Source: an uncultured virus (IMG/VR IMGVR_UViG_3300027741_000054) (taxonomy: Duplodnaviria > Heunggongvirae > Uroviricota > Caudoviricetes). Taken from it: a stretch of DNA of 64,000 nucleotides. Positions 63,426 to 64,000 of the stretch are shown in pieces (the first letter of the stretch is position 1; every line of letters starts with the position of its first letter). A model generated the notes under the pieces. That model was not told the origin of the DNA and ran no database searches. It worked only from the letters and a program-made list of their open reading frames with translations. The DNA lies in the IMG/VR virus record IMGVR_UViG_3300027741_000054, one strand, 5' to 3'. Position numbers and translations under genes: made by a program.

Positions 63426-63812
63426 TTAAAAGAGTTTAAGAAAGGGGAAGAAATTACGCAAGGCCAAAAATGCGGGTAAAAGAAGCATACCGCCGATACC
63501 AATCAGGCGCCATTTCCATAATAGACCGACCGATTGGCTGTACTTGGCCTCAAGATACTCAAGCCTTTCAGCCATCTCCGAACGTTCTTTGAAGTTCTTG
63601 TCGACCTGAGACTGGAGCTTTAGGATCTGGTCTTTGGTATTGTCTAGCTCGTCTGCCACGGGCTTACAGGCGGGGATTGAACGGGCTATGGATTGAGCCT
63701 TCAATACGGATTGAGTCGTTGCTTCTAAGGTAAGTGAACCAGAAGAACTATATTTTGTAGAAGCGCAGGAGGATAGTAAAATGCAAACTATTAATAGCGC
63801 AATAAATTTCAT
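63426..63812 (-). CDS. Lipoprotein with C-terminal TM helix; probable unimolecular spanin
   Basis: Lipobox LLSSC, central coiled coil, C-terminal hydrophobic helix; in lysis cassette. Confidence 0.6.
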   Translation of the reverse strand: MKFIALLIVCILLSSCASTKYSSSGSLTLEATTQSVLKAQSIARSIPACKPVADELDNTKDQILKLQSQVDKNFKERSEMAERLEYLEAKYSQSVGLLWKWRLIGIGGMLLLPAFLALRNFFPFLKLF

Positions 63813-63821
63813 ACTAAATGT

Positions 63822-64000
63822 TTAGCTAGTATAAGTATATACTGAAGTGATTCCAGAAGAGTTTCCTGGAGCTAAAGGAGTCCAAGTTCCTGTTCCTAAT
63901 TCAGAGGTATTTTGAGCTACATTACCTATGGCAGAAGAAAAAATATACCAAACTCCTGCGCTAAAGAAAATAGAGCCGGGGGTTGTGCCAGTTATCTTTG
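63822..64000 (-). CDS. C-terminal fragment of a structural protein (truncated by window edge)
   Basis: Open frame KITGTTPGSIFFSAGVWYIFSS...YTS*. Confidence 0.55.
   Translation of the reverse strand, partial: KITGTTPGSIFFSAGVWYIFSSAIGNVAQNTSELGTGTWTPLAPGNSSGITSVYTYTS

Noticed and set aside
1..64000. tRNA/rRNA genes, integrase, repressor, att sites and a specific host assignment
   Set aside because: None recognisable by eye; the lysis genes only indicate a diderm host

Overview
The window is most of the genome of a tailed dsDNA bacteriophage with a podovirus-like structural gene set. I see no integrase, repressor, RNA polymerase, tRNA or CRISPR array. The major capsid and scaffold genes were not recognised and probably lie just outside the window. 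Layout: portal and large terminase (minus strand, 1-4.4 kb); a plus-strand replication module (resolvase, SNF2 helicase, a Cas4-like nuclease split over two ORFs, family A DNA polymerase, primase/SF3 helicase, 3D-domain protein, HtrA protease; 4.4-15.5 kb); a G-run/AT-core origin-like spacer (15.5-15.8 kb); glycosyltransferase and dCMP deaminase; a plus-strand early region of small genes with rIIA/rIIB, a Gp88-like protein and an HhH glycosylase (18.9-32.8 kb), with a TerS-like gene inverted near its start; and a minus-strand late region (33.5-64 kb) with small basic proteins, a GH73 muramidase, a 3808-aa polyvalent virion protein, ejection/tail proteins, two Ig-repeat fibres and a lysis cassette. 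The lead hypothesis is that the giant protein carries an ECF-sigma-like region (sigma2 plus sigma4 pattern) alongside its strawberry-notch helicase and HExxH domains. The two early transcription units are each preceded by a non-sigma70 motif, GAAGGGGG-N13/14-GCGTATAGGGWTTGT, whereas many other genes use TTGAC-N16/17-YANNNT promoters with almost no leader. Together this suggests an injected sigma factor launching early transcription. All protein calls are by-eye motif recognition; no database searches were run.
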